64,000 nt of DNA from Candidatus Uhrbacteria bacterium RIFOXYC2_FULL_47_19 (GTDB lineage: Bacteria; Patescibacteriota; Patescibacteriia; SG8-24), in assembly GCA_001791745.1 (NCBI GenBank), contig MGFG01000020.1, forward strand, positions 10,712-74,711, given 5' to 3'. The notes under the pieces were generated by a model, which was not told the origin of the DNA, searched no databases, and saw only the letters and a list, made by a program, of their open reading frames with translations. This document shows positions 21,401 to 30,337 of this stretch, one piece after another. The translations under genes were made by a program, and so were the position numbers. Each line of letters starts with the position of its first letter. The first letter of the stretch is position 1.

Positions 21401-23960
21401 CACTGTTTCCGGTACGGTGACCTCGGGTGGTACACCAGTATCTGGCGCCTTTGTCCGGCTCATGGGTAACAACACCAACAATGAGGTGATGACTGGTGTC
21501 GACGGCACTTACAGCATGAAGGCCCCGTCCTGCGCCACGGCAGGTTGTTACACACTTAAGGCCTTCGCACCGAGCATTGGCGAGTTCCCGCCGCTCGCAG
21601 CCTTCAGTGTGACTAGTGACACAGCTGGCAAGGACTTTACACTTGCCGCACCTCGAACCTTGACCATAACTTTTTCCGCATCGGTCGCTCGCGGTTTCGT
21701 CGATATGTTCGCCACGAATGGTTCAGGTGCGCGCATCGACGTCTCTAATTCGACGGTTGCCACGTTGACCCTACCGGATGGTAATTATCGGGTTCGTGTG
21801 GACGTACCTGGAACGGCGATCGGTCCGTCTAATATATCTGGCGACGGTTACAACAGTACCACTGGTGTGTTCACAGTTTCGGCGGCCAACACTGCTCTGA
21901 CAGTCACATTGCCGACTCGTCGGACCATCACTGGTAAAGTGACTGACAGCACGGACAACATTGCCAATGCTTGGGTCGAGATTGTCAATCCGACTACCGG
22001 TGTCCACTTTGGTACGCAGACCAATTCGACCGCCGGTCCGGATACTAACTTCAGTTTCAGCGTGGCTGATGGTACTTACTTCATCAATGCGATGAAGCCC
22101 GGGTACTTCCGACAGCCGACTACGATCATTGTCGGAGCTGACACCACGACCCAGACTCTGATTATGACTGCAGCCACAACTACCATTGCCGGACAGGTAC
22201 TGATCGGCGCAACTGGTGCACCCAACTCTTTCGTCCGTGGTGAAAAGATGGGTGGTGGCTTCTCCGGTACTCAAGCCGATGCTAACGGTAACTATGTACT
22301 ACCAGTCGATTCTGGAGAGTGGAAGATTTACGCTGTAGCTGAGGGTTATCAGGAGGCCGGTTACGCCAGCAATCCGATCGACGTTAGTAGTGGTTCGGTA
22401 ACGGGTAAAAATATTACCCTCACCACAGCCGTCAACATGGCCTCACCTAGGTCCAGACCGATCACACCATCCTCGGGTGGAACCATCGACGACCAAGACT
22501 CCGGTCTGAGACTCAATGTGCCGGCCAACGCCTTGGGCACATCTAACTCATCCGGAACCTTAACAGCTAGGGAAACCAACAACGTCCGCTCTACTGATAC
22601 TGCCTACCTGGTCATGGTCTACGACTCGCAGACCGAGACTTACGTTCCGGCAGCCAAGGAACTGTCGGCCACAGATAGCGATGGCAATCCGATTACCAAT
22701 CTTGAGGGTTCGGTCAGTTTGGAGATGGACTACACCATCGCTGAGCTGGCAGCCACTCGGTCAGCGCTCGACTCGTCGATTGATACTCGGACCGAGGCAG
22801 ATATGCTGACCATGGCTTACTGGGATGCGACCAATCAGAGCTGGACACCGCTCCCTAGCACGGTGACTTACCGTGATTCCGATGGGGACATTGTCAACGA
22901 GCCGGAGGAGGACCTATCGAATGTCTCGATCGTTACGGTGTCGGCGACCACAAACCACTTCTCGCTCTATGCCCCGATCGTTTCGACTGATCCGTCAGCA
23001 CCGAGCACTCCGTCTGGTTTGGCAGCGAGCGCAACCAGCACCTCTCAGATAAATCTGAGCTGGACACAGACTTCCGGTGCTACTGGTTACGACATTTATC
23101 GGAGCACCACCGTGGGTGGCACTTATTCTCGTCTGGGTAGCGAGCCGACCGTCAGTTCCGGTTCGACGGTCACCTACAGTGACACTGGTCTCTCGGCCTC
23201 GACGACCTACTATTATAAGATTTCGGCGATCAACGCGAACGGTGAGTCGGCGTCGACATCTGCAGTCAGTGCCACAACCAGTAGCGCAGGTGGAGGCGGC
23301 GCAGGTGGAGGTGGCGGTTCAAGCGGTTCGGTTATTCCGCCAACTACCACACCGGTCACGGATGCGTCCGACCCCGACAGTTTCGTTGATAACTCATCTT
23401 CATTCCCGACCGGAACACATGAGCGTGTTGCTTACAATGAGGCCGAAATGGCGGCTCCGTCTTCAGACACTACTGGAGTCGGTGTCTACAGCTCTGAAGT
23501 AGCAATCTTCAATACACCAACCATCGATGTCGATAAGGGTATTTTGCCTCCACCAGCCGACGTCTGGTTACCTTGTGTCGGCGGCGGTCTGATCAAGACC
23601 CAGGATGGTTCGGCTGTCTACTACTGTGGCAAGAATGGACGACGCTACGTCTTCCCTCATCAGAACATTTACTCGACCTGGTACGGCAATTTCGACAGTG
23701 TCGAGTCAGTTCTAAATGAAGACCTAGCTGCAGTGCCATTGGCTGGCACCGTCACCTATCGTCCGGGCGTCAAGATGGTTAAGATTCAGTCCGATCCCAA
23801 GGTTTACGCTGTGTCTAGAAACGGTCTACTTCGCTGGGTGACCAGTGAAGAGATCGCTACTGAGCTTTATGGTCAGAATTGGAATCGACAGATTGATGAT
23901 GTAAATCCGGCCTTCTTCTTCTCCTACACGATCGGTGATCCGATCGAGGCAGCGGAGTAA
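15420..23960 (+). CDS. giant (2846 aa) surface protein: Ig-like/Big, carboxypeptidase-regulatory-like and FN3 domains, CPR-type C-terminal domain
   Basis: Long signal peptide; Thr/Ser/Gly-rich beta domains; FN3 (APSTPSGL...YYYKISAIN); C-terminal LIK...AVYY.GKNGRRYVFP...YRPGVKMVKIQSDPKVYAV domain. Confidence 0.85.
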   Translation: MKLSPFLKRVSRRPAETLLTLVLVIASSGLGSLIAPLPAMAASTITVSTSGLINGGFPGAPIPASSPASAVLKLSVTASSALQTLNSVTVNFSGTGLVQADLADIATDDSSGVALYDDEGGTAGNFDGTDSVITLAASPDWTGETTNITLTPATPVPLISGTPVIFYVAIRTSALLVNDHRIVASVLANGVVTSDGSGPATTFNAFELRADTAPAQIVSVGGFVGSASVNVRFNKPVQRVGGGSLIAASFTYVDGGGAAQTISSVAHTPGQDFATLTMSAVLDAGDIDGTPATIAAASSAIADMGGNVIGTDAVEMASAIEISTSTIPTAIIGTTYTTISPLVAFSAIGGTSPYIFESAGEPDTEVLTNAGLSLVDDGGTYKITGTVLSVPGSYPLYIRATDSAGTPQEAVRRYNLNVGTSAGAVPGVTSVVPGGAPLGASSLAVAITGSNTHFSGSSTIQFISGGSADANVTATISSSTTTTLNLSVSVAGGATVGPHDVRVTTGAEIVEMPGGFGVFPAGDSGLNLQSPTDAATGISIPPTFNFSPSTNPSAATYRVTLKSTSNFSGAALWDYAFPKPADAENSNGSHCNLTGCNVNYGAGSFRIITQPTPLEPNTTYYWQVRTYSQAPSAVSDAVAPLEGTPVRGFTTISSVMDIMPPNIMHRPVFQTTASTDLTLLARVDDNFASPTSTPALTTTVNYCVGVDCDPGTGTQASGTSIGNGFFTFTIPGASVGIAGTIVRYYLGASDGTNTAIFRDMDETPFRVTSIAAGVGTITGSVVNDSDECPEGIQGATVFAEGTGFMTTTDGSCEYTLSGLPTGIYDIVALKTGYADRIINGIPAGSTSIVFSLPMGFGGGFGGDGTRPHVMFTGPGENSTGIPGGDSYFKVFVAFDKPMSQSSITDTGNLTINEINPATGELTNITSKGDWDYYASSAGVDRVPPASNMAVFSLSQVGCDGSPCTLGDGKTIAVIVTDSATDTAGNSVMGNQPDGSFSFTFSTGTTFSGSFGEGEVFGSGEFIPPHVIGMTPPPGSLDVPVDRRVVVSFSDAMADDTIGTYLLKSYIKLYSVSGVTETDVSSLISATTLDSAKRNATLTLTGSLAASTRYRLKVLGGAKAATGLTVGPPESSSAVMFTGEFRTGTGTDVGIPTVNGTFPDNTATNVPVNLNAVSIGFSRDMDMSTISTSTVYLSIGSTAVNGSVEYRAAERTAYFVPRSALTASTTYTINVTTGAQALNGTAIATAVARTFTTGSADVLAPSIQFGNADDFSLAVTFSEPMNASRATDTINFTASVLKPANYVLKYATMGEDSSAGTVLTVPAAATFSYDQVTNTVKIAGYHADAIDPATLRGKELYVAITGVKDLSGNSITTDDGANTARMMILNSATTQGALGPMGMTGDSFSDQGGFTPDNFDSGTFGFAPQAEVRPFNTMPGQLTIYGIRLPISRQIPASGAVVVTFPIGFDVSAARQDVNSPMRQDLNGPGTGNVTFKCATAGAPTGASCSGTANADDAGVAQGGLAGDGVVVDTASRSVKIYLSAATNVEGHDFLTIDIAGIRNTTVPKDMNTSGYTADIKTKNGTTLLETATSMPFFIQSGGTGSFTLGGTITATGNVSSGTMQVYLMSPLTGPLETTSTNFSGGETATYSFTGLPAGEFMISTDQLVLIDAAEYVGKANPERIGLTANKTYNFTMASASSGGTVVTVNLTGPANEPLDVFAGSPTGFRVKQVTLNGGGTGSTTLNLPNGEWNIGVGPQTPKGFSGPPPAPSYLPPRNKQATIANPVCTVDGTVGCTIAFALTTSDKTIRGLVKDGSGKVMANAEVFAYSPNGGFGTNATTATNGAFTLNVVSGSYVVGAFIPGMPTSKEVPVVVTDHATTYLLIDGSSTAITPAAAATSFILKVAKPDYTISGRVTDGTSIVQGASVYAYRTNGPGHADVMTDSSGNYTLYVGAGTWNVGAFLPQYGRLSEQSVTVSTANVTSINFSPSQTGTGTFYTVSGTVTSGGTPVSGAFVRLMGNNTNNEVMTGVDGTYSMKAPSCATAGCYTLKAFAPSIGEFPPLAAFSVTSDTAGKDFTLAAPRTLTITFSASVARGFVDMFATNGSGARIDVSNSTVATLTLPDGNYRVRVDVPGTAIGPSNISGDGYNSTTGVFTVSAANTALTVTLPTRRTITGKVTDSTDNIANAWVEIVNPTTGVHFGTQTNSTAGPDTNFSFSVADGTYFINAMKPGYFRQPTTIIVGADTTTQTLIMTAATTTIAGQVLIGATGAPNSFVRGEKMGGGFSGTQADANGNYVLPVDSGEWKIYAVAEGYQEAGYASNPIDVSSGSVTGKNITLTTAVNMASPRSRPITPSSGGTIDDQDSGLRLNVPANALGTSNSSGTLTARETNNVRSTDTAYLVMVYDSQTETYVPAAKELSATDSDGNPITNLEGSVSLEMDYTIAELAATRSALDSSIDTRTEADMLTMAYWDATNQSWTPLPSTVTYRDSDGDIVNEPEEDLSNVSIVTVSATTNHFSLYAPIVSTDPSAPSTPSGLAASATSTSQINLSWTQTSGATGYDIYRSTTVGGTYSRLGSEPTVSSGSTVTYSDTGLSASTTYYYKISAINANGESASTSAVSATTSSAGGGGAGGGGGSSGSVIPPTTTPVTDASDPDSFVDNSSSFPTGTHERVAYNEAEMAAPSSDTTGVGVYSSEVAIFNTPTIDVDKGILPPPADVWLPCVGGGLIKTQDGSAVYYCGKNGRRYVFPHQNIYSTWYGNFDSVESVLNEDLAAVPLAGTVTYRPGVKMVKIQSDPKVYAVSRNGLLRWVTSEEIATELYGQNWNRQIDDVNPAFFFSYTIGDPIEAAE

Positions 23961-23977
23961 GTTGGTGTGAATTAGAT

Positions 23978-24008
23978 AGAACGGCCCCAGAGTATGGGGC
24001 CGTTCTTG
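23978..24008 (+). terminator. hairpin after the giant gene
   Basis: AGAACGGCCCCA...TGGGGCCGTTCT perfect stem. Confidence 0.7.
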
Positions 24009-24126
24009 TTAGATAAGACAATCTACTTCTTCTCGTTCCTACAACTAAATTTGGTTGTAGTTGCCAAACCTTTGTCGATTTAGGATCATGTCTAAGTGAC
24101 ATAGTTTAAACCTTTGCCCAATTAAT

Positions 24127-25260
24127 ATGGATTTTGGAACAGTTGTTATTTGGATCGTTGTTTTGGTCGTTGTAGTTGGTTTCGGTGGTCGTTATATTTG
24201 GCGCATGAAAGTGCGTCGTTTAGTCGGTTTTTCTCAAGAGGAGTTCGTCCGTGATTTGACCGAGGAGGCCAGGAATGGACATCTTGATCCGGTCATTGGG
24301 CGCAATGAAGAGGTGGAAAGAATTATTAATATTTCTGCTCGTCGCACTAAAAATAATCCATTGCTGATTGGTCCACCTGGCGTGGGTAAAACTGCGATCG
24401 TTGAGGGTTTAGCTAGGCGAATTATTGACGGTGACGTTCCGGCGCAGCTTTTAGGAAAGCGGGTAATGGCTCTCAATTTAGGTGAACTTATTTCTGGCAC
24501 TAGTTTACGCGGTGAGTTGGAGGGTAGATTTCAAAAATTTATCGCCGATTTAGAAAGTCGACCGAAGATGACTATTGTGTTTATTGATGAGATTCACATG
24601 ATTTCGCAGGCTCGTGGCACTGAAGGTGGTTTGGATTTAGCGGACATGATCAAACCTGCATTGGCTCGTGGAGATGTCTCGGTGATTGGAGCTACGACTT
24701 GGGATGAGTATCAGCGTACACTTAAATCTGATCCGGCCTTGGATCGAAGATTCCAGCCGGTTTTAATTAGTGAACCTTCAGTCGAAGAAACACTTAGTAT
24801 TCTGCGTGGAGTTAAGGGTGTTTATGAGGAACATCATGGTGTGTTGATTAGTGATGAGGCTCTACAGCGTGCCGTTGAAATGACAACCAAAATGGTTACC
24901 GATAGGTATTTACCAGACAAGGCTTTGGATGTTATTGATGAGGCTGCAGCCAAGGTTTCGATTGATACTTCACCCGGACAATTGGCCTCCCTTGGTGTGG
25001 TTGATGTAGCCGCGAAAAGAAAAGTAGTTGAGCGTATGAGTAAAGAGGCTAAGTTATTAGCGGTAGAGATAGAACATTTAGAAAAACTACGTGGGTCATT
25101 TCCTGATGATTCATCTATTCGACTGGCTAGAGAGGAGCTCGGCCGACATTTGAAACAGATTGAAAATGAACGCAAAACTGTTCGGTCCGATAGTGAACGG
25201 TCGACAGTTACAGCTGCTGATATCGACGCTACGATCGAGTCATGGGGAGTGCAAAGTTGA
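24127..25260 (+). CDS. ClpA/B-type AAA+ ATPase, first nucleotide-binding domain only, with N-terminal TM anchor
   Basis: LDPVIGRNEE, TKNNPLLIGPPGVGKT, VFIDEIH, IGATTWDEY, DPALDRRFQ and RYLPDKALDVIDEA; no second NBD. Confidence 0.85.
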   Translation: MDFGTVVIWIVVLVVVVGFGGRYIWRMKVRRLVGFSQEEFVRDLTEEARNGHLDPVIGRNEEVERIINISARRTKNNPLLIGPPGVGKTAIVEGLARRIIDGDVPAQLLGKRVMALNLGELISGTSLRGELEGRFQKFIADLESRPKMTIVFIDEIHMISQARGTEGGLDLADMIKPALARGDVSVIGATTWDEYQRTLKSDPALDRRFQPVLISEPSVEETLSILRGVKGVYEEHHGVLISDEALQRAVEMTTKMVTDRYLPDKALDVIDEAAAKVSIDTSPGQLASLGVVDVAAKRKVVERMSKEAKLLAVEIEHLEKLRGSFPDDSSIRLAREELGRHLKQIENERKTVRSDSERSTVTAADIDATIESWGVQS

Positions 25261-27329
25261 AGGAATTAAATAGGATATCAATTGGGACCGTGGGACTGAC
25301 GGTAGTTACTGCGGTCCTTCTTTTTGTTCCATTACCATTGTTTTGTCGAATAGTAGTTGTGGTGATGTTTTTAGGTTGGTTGGGTTTTCGTTTGGGTCGA
25401 TTTTTAGTGGGTAGTCGTGAGGGTGTTATAACTAGGCTTGTCTTTGGTTTAATGATTGTCTTGTCGTGGTTAGTGGTTAGTCAGTCAATAGTTTATTACC
25501 TCGATCGAATATCAAGATTCAGTCTATTAGTAGGTCTGTTACCCTTGGTCTTTTTTGCTATCCACCGTTTTAATCTCACTGAGACCACTAATCAGACTAT
25601 CATCAAGCCAAAATCATCGATTTGGAGTCGTTGGTTGTCTATAGGTATTCTGGTTGGCGATGTGGTTTTATTTTTTTCTTTCTTATCTGTACGTACCGAC
25701 GAAGCACTGCGAAGTCCATGGGAGGTAGTCTCTTGCTCAGCTTTATTAGCCTTTGTGTCTGTGACTTGGATGTTATTGTTGTTGTGTCGCGAGCCGGACG
25801 CCCCGTTTAAGCGTTCTTTGACTGCGTTACATTTGTTCGTTGCTTATTGTTTATCGGAGACAGTCATGTCACTTGGTTTCGGTTACGATCCCTTTATTCA
25901 TCGTACGGCCGAGGCACACATTGCAGAATTCGGAAATCTTTTACCGAAAAGTCCGTACTATATCGGGCATTACGTATTAATAGTTGCGCTACATTGGTTG
26001 TCCGGTCTTTCAGTAGATGTAATTGATCGATGGTTAGTGCCATTCCTGGCTCCACTAACTTTTCCTTGGGTAGCTAGTTTTGGTTTGAAAAAAGTTTGGG
26101 GCATGAAAGGAAGTGTCGAGCTTTGGATGCCTCTGATACTATTTTTGCCCATGCTGCCGCTGACCTTCACTGTGCCACATGCTCTGACGGTCGTGTTTCT
26201 GCTTTGGTTGGTCTTTTTAGCACCGACAGTCATAAGTTCTAGTCCACTACGTTCATTGGTTATCGGTCTATCTGTGTCGGCTATGATGATTCATCCGCTA
26301 TTGGGTGCAGTGGCAGTCGGATTAATAGCATCATTGTTTTTGTGTCATCGATTCCGGTTCGGTGGGTTGCTATCTGTGATTATCAATGCGATTTTGTTGC
26401 CAATCTTATTTTTCATTCATAACTGGTTAAAAGGCGACTTGCCATTTAATTTTGTCGGACTGTTATCGGATTGGGAACGTTTTATCGCTCTTTTTCGGAA
26501 TCCTTTTTTCTCTGACCTAGAGACGTCTTTTTCGCTTTTGGATTTACTGTATATGTACAGAATGATTATGCCAGCTATTTTTGTGGCTATAGTCGTGATT
26601 GGTGTTATTTTTTTGGTACATCGAAAGATGAAATCATCGGTGATTCAAGCCTATATTTTGACAGCCGTCGGTCTTCTGTTAGCCATCTTTGTTCTGAGTA
26701 CCAGTGTGACGCTATCTGGTATTGTGCCTGGAGAGCAATTGGAATTCTCTTTGAGATTGAAACATGCATTTGGGGTGCTGTTACTTCCATTGTTTTTCTT
26801 TGGTCTAAAATCTCTACTAGATCGTTATCTTAGAGATTCGTTAACTGCTACGGTAGCTGGTTTACTGTTGGTCGTAGCGATAGTAGCTTCGATCAGTTGG
26901 TATCTGACGTATCCACAAGCGAACCATATAGCCAACCGTTCTGGTTGGTGTCTGGGTCGCGCTGATGTCGAAACTATCGAGATAATTGCCAAAGAGGATA
27001 ACGGTCGTCCGTATTTGGTTCTATCCAATCAGATGCTGTCTGTGGCCGCCCTGCGAACCAATGGCTTTGATAATTTTTTCTATGCCTTACCGGTTACTGG
27101 TCGTACTTATGAGTATTACTTGGCTATTTCTCATTCACGACGCAATAGGGGAGTGTTCGAAGAAGCTTTCACTGAGTTTGGGGTAGCACGAGTCTTTTAT
27201 GTGGTGCATGACTATGAATCTGATTTTCATTCTATTGTGGACCAATTGGAGTCTATTTCTGATCAAAGTTGGGTTGTAGCCGATGGCCGAGCCTTTGTTT
27301 TTCTTTTTGAAGATATGGCTTATAATTAG
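25242..27329 (+). CDS. polytopic membrane protein, possibly GT-C-fold glycosyltransferase
   Basis: Many TM helices; luminal GFGYDPFIH motif; soluble C-terminal domain. Confidence 0.6.
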   Translation: MGSAKLKELNRISIGTVGLTVVTAVLLFVPLPLFCRIVVVVMFLGWLGFRLGRFLVGSREGVITRLVFGLMIVLSWLVVSQSIVYYLDRISRFSLLVGLLPLVFFAIHRFNLTETTNQTIIKPKSSIWSRWLSIGILVGDVVLFFSFLSVRTDEALRSPWEVVSCSALLAFVSVTWMLLLLCREPDAPFKRSLTALHLFVAYCLSETVMSLGFGYDPFIHRTAEAHIAEFGNLLPKSPYYIGHYVLIVALHWLSGLSVDVIDRWLVPFLAPLTFPWVASFGLKKVWGMKGSVELWMPLILFLPMLPLTFTVPHALTVVFLLWLVFLAPTVISSSPLRSLVIGLSVSAMMIHPLLGAVAVGLIASLFLCHRFRFGGLLSVIINAILLPILFFIHNWLKGDLPFNFVGLLSDWERFIALFRNPFFSDLETSFSLLDLLYMYRMIMPAIFVAIVVIGVIFLVHRKMKSSVIQAYILTAVGLLLAIFVLSTSVTLSGIVPGEQLEFSLRLKHAFGVLLLPLFFFGLKSLLDRYLRDSLTATVAGLLLVVAIVASISWYLTYPQANHIANRSGWCLGRADVETIEIIAKEDNGRPYLVLSNQMLSVAALRTNGFDNFFYALPVTGRTYEYYLAISHSRRNRGVFEEAFTEFGVARVFYVVHDYESDFHSIVDQLESISDQSWVVADGRAFVFLFEDMAYN

Positions 27330-27367
27330 GCCTAGATTAATTATTTATATATTAAAGGGAATTCCTT

Positions 27368-27595
27368 ATGACAAGGACAACCACTAGCACTAAGACTAAG
27401 GTCGTGGTAGGTGTTGTAGCTGCGGGCTTACTAGCAGGTTTCGGCCTTTGGGGTATCTATAATTTCCAAATGAAGAGGAAACAGGTGGACCTTAAGCCTA
27501 AAGTCGTGGCTCCACCAGGATACGGGGCAGATGTAATTGATTCTGGTTACGGTACTCCGGGTTATACCCCTGGCTATACTCCAGGTTACAAATAG
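27368..27595 (+). CDS. small membrane-anchored protein with C-terminal (T)PGY repeats
   Basis: One TM helix; PPGYG...SGYGTPGYTPGYTPGYK; followed by a terminator. Confidence 0.75.
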   Translation: MTRTTTSTKTKVVVGVVAAGLLAGFGLWGIYNFQMKRKQVDLKPKVVAPPGYGADVIDSGYGTPGYTPGYTPGYK

Positions 27596-27612
27596 ACCCT
27601 CTTGAGAAAGAG

Positions 27613-27640
27613 AAAGGTCGGATAGAGATCCGGCCTTTTT
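27613..27640 (+). terminator. intrinsic terminator
   Basis: AAAGGTCGGAT...ATCCGGCCTTTTT. Confidence 0.7.
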
Positions 27641-27675
27641 AGTTTCTCTTGATAAGGCTATTATGTTTCCGCAAT

Positions 27676-28242
27676 ATGCCAATCCAAAAAGTCTCCAAGA
27701 ATCGACTACTGCTACATGCCTGCTGTGCGCCGTGTAGTATTGCGGTTATTAATGAATTAAGAGTTGAGTATGAGCTTTACGTGCTTTTCTTTAACCCCAA
27801 TATTCATCCTGAGGCCGAATATCTAAAACGTAAAAGTGAAGTGGTTCGGGTTTGTCGAGAGTGGAAAGTATCCATGATTGATTTAGATTATGAATCAACA
27901 CTCTGGGAGGAATTAGTTGCACCAGTGTCTCAAAAAAAGGAAGGTGGCCCTCGCTGTTCAACTTGTTTCCGTTTACGTTTAGCTCGAACTGCAGATTATG
28001 CCAAGGAACATGGATTCGTTTATTTTGCCACAAGCTTAACTATGGGTCGACGCAAGGATTCAACTGTGATTAATGCTATCGGGCGGACTATTGCAGTACA
28101 GTTTGGATTAAAGTTTTTGGACACTAATTGGAAGAAAGGTGGACGATGGGAGACAGGTCGTCGATTGACTGAGGAATGGGGGATTTATCGGCAGTCCTAT
28201 TGTGGTTGTAGATTTTCGTTGGAAGAGATGGCTAAGCGTTAA
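27676..28242 (+). CDS. queH: epoxyqueuosine reductase QueH
   Basis: LLLHACCAPCS, FNPNIHPEAEY, RCSTCFRLRL and YRQSYCGCRFS. Confidence 0.93.
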   Translation: MPIQKVSKNRLLLHACCAPCSIAVINELRVEYELYVLFFNPNIHPEAEYLKRKSEVVRVCREWKVSMIDLDYESTLWEELVAPVSQKKEGGPRCSTCFRLRLARTADYAKEHGFVYFATSLTMGRRKDSTVINAIGRTIAVQFGLKFLDTNWKKGGRWETGRRLTEEWGIYRQSYCGCRFSLEEMAKR

Positions 28243-28310
28243 ATAAGTGATATTAACTTATTAGGTTTTTCCTGCTGTGCTACGGGAGTGAATAATGAGT
28301 AGTTTTAAAT

Positions 28311-28343
28311 AAAAAAGACGACTCAATGAAGGTCGTCTTTTTT
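28311..28343. terminator. bidirectional terminator between queH and typA
   Basis: A6-GACGAC...GTCGTC-T6. Confidence 0.8.
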
Positions 28344-28358
28344 GCACTTGGCGTTATT

Positions 28359-30161
28359 CTATTCGGATTTACTTGCATTACGTTTACGTTCGTGTTCTTT
28401 TAGAAATTTTTTACGAATGCGGATAGATTGCGGTGTTACTTCTACGTATTCATCGTCGGCAATAAACTCAAGTGCACGTTCTAAATTCATTTCCACAGGT
28501 GGAGCCAAAATAATAGCGTCATCAGCGTTACTGGTGCGCATATTAGTCAATTTCTTTCCACGAACAGGGTTAATGACCATAGTATCGCGCATGCTCGATC
28601 CAACCACCATACCTTCGTAGACTTCGATTCCTGGTCCGATGAATAACATACCGCGCTCTTGAATCAAATTCAGGGCATAGGCTGTCGACTTGCCGTTTTC
28701 CATTGAAATGAGGGAAAAAGATGACCGTCGAACAATATCACCTTTGTGTGGACCATAATGCGAGAAAATATGCGACAGAGTGCCTTCGCCTCGAGTATTA
28801 GTTAGGAATTCCATGCGGTAACCAAGTAGTCCGCGAGTAGGTATTACGTATTCCAGTCTGGTACTACCATGTTCACTTTTCATGGTCTTCATTTCGCCCT
28901 TTCTTCGCCCTAGTTTTTCTATAATTGTCCCAGCTTGTGCGTCGGGGACATCAATCGTCACTGTTTCATAAGGCTCGAGCGTCTTTCCTTCTTCCTCACG
29001 CATGATTACCTGAGGTTGACTGACCTGGAGCTCGTAGCCCTCACGTCGCATGGTTTCAATTAAAACTGATAGGTGCATTTCACCGCGTCCGCTTACACGG
29101 AAAGCATCGCCACCTTCAGGAAATTCTATTTGTAGTCCGACATTGGTTTCTAATTCGCGCTGTAGACGATCGCGAATCTGCCGTGAGGTTACGTATTTTC
29201 CTTCTCGTCCCGCCAGTGGCGAATTATTAACTAAGAAGTTCATGGTCAAAGTCGGCGGATCAACACTAATACTTGGTAGTGCCTCAGCCATCGGATCTTC
29301 TGCCACCGTCTCGCCTACATTAAGATCAGAAATGCCGGCAATTAGGATGATATCCCCCGATTGAGCTTCTTCGACTTCAACACTACGTAGGCCTTCCGAG
29401 GTTAATATCTTGGTCAGCTTGGCTGTATCACGAGATCCGTCGGCTCGAATAATGGTGACGGGCATACCAACATGCGCTCGTCCTTCATAGATGCGCCCCA
29501 ATCCCATTCGTCCGACATAGTCATCGTAGGATAGGTTGGCTGGCTGTAAACGGAAGGGCTTAGATGGATCACTAAATGCTGGTGGTACTTTCTTGATGAT
29601 TGTATCGAAAAGCGGTTGAAGATCCTGACTTGGGTCATCAAGTGTCTTTTTGGCTATTCCTTCGCGTGCGACGGCGTAAATGCATTCAAAGTCGGTTTGT
29701 TCATCATTAGCTCCCAGTTCAACAAACAAGTCGAACACCATATCAAGGACCTCGGTCGGTCTGGCGGCAGCCTTGTCAATTTTATTGATGACCACAATTG
29801 GTTTGAGTCCGAGCTCTAGTGATTTTCTGAGTACAAATCTGGTTTGAGGCATCGGACCTTCTTGGGCATCCACTAGTAACAACACCGAGTCGACCATTCT
29901 GAGTACTCGTTCAACCTCGGAACCGAAGTCGGCATGGCCGGGAGTATCGACAATGTTCACCTTGACATCACCTAGACGAATGCTGGTGTTCTTGGCATAG
30001 ATCGTAATACCACGCTCTTTTTCGAGAGCGTTACTATCCATGACTCTTTCGCCAACGACTTCTCGGTCCGTGAAGGTACCGGTTTGCTTGAGCATGGCAT
30101 CTACAAGGGTCGTTTTGCCATGGTCGACGTGCGCGATGATAGCGATGTTGCGGAATTCCAC
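28359..30161 (-). CDS. typA: translational GTPase TypA/BipA
   Basis: [40 protein letters not shown] and EYVEVTP. Confidence 0.97.
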   Translation of the reverse strand: MEFRNIAIIAHVDHGKTTLVDAMLKQTGTFTDREVVGERVMDSNALEKERGITIYAKNTSIRLGDVKVNIVDTPGHADFGSEVERVLRMVDSVLLLVDAQEGPMPQTRFVLRKSLELGLKPIVVINKIDKAAARPTEVLDMVFDLFVELGANDEQTDFECIYAVAREGIAKKTLDDPSQDLQPLFDTIIKKVPPAFSDPSKPFRLQPANLSYDDYVGRMGLGRIYEGRAHVGMPVTIIRADGSRDTAKLTKILTSEGLRSVEVEEAQSGDIILIAGISDLNVGETVAEDPMAEALPSISVDPPTLTMNFLVNNSPLAGREGKYVTSRQIRDRLQRELETNVGLQIEFPEGGDAFRVSGRGEMHLSVLIETMRREGYELQVSQPQVIMREEEGKTLEPYETVTIDVPDAQAGTIIEKLGRRKGEMKTMKSEHGSTRLEYVIPTRGLLGYRMEFLTNTRGEGTLSHIFSHYGPHKGDIVRRSSFSLISMENGKSTAYALNLIQERGMLFIGPGIEVYEGMVVGSSMRDTMVINPVRGKKLTNMRTSNADDAIILAPPVEMNLERALEFIADDEYVEVTPQSIRIRKKFLKEHERKRNASKSE

Positions 30162-30337
30162 TTCGATTAACGTTTAACCTTACATAACGACAGAATGCTA
30201 CTCCCGAAACGGTTGATTGTCAACTTGGTCAGGTTCTGTCGTTATTTTTGCTCTCTTTGGGGAGTACTTATTTCATAACCAAAAGCCACGACATGGTTGT
30301 CGTGGCTGGCGACTGTTTTTGTCTCGAACAGTATATT

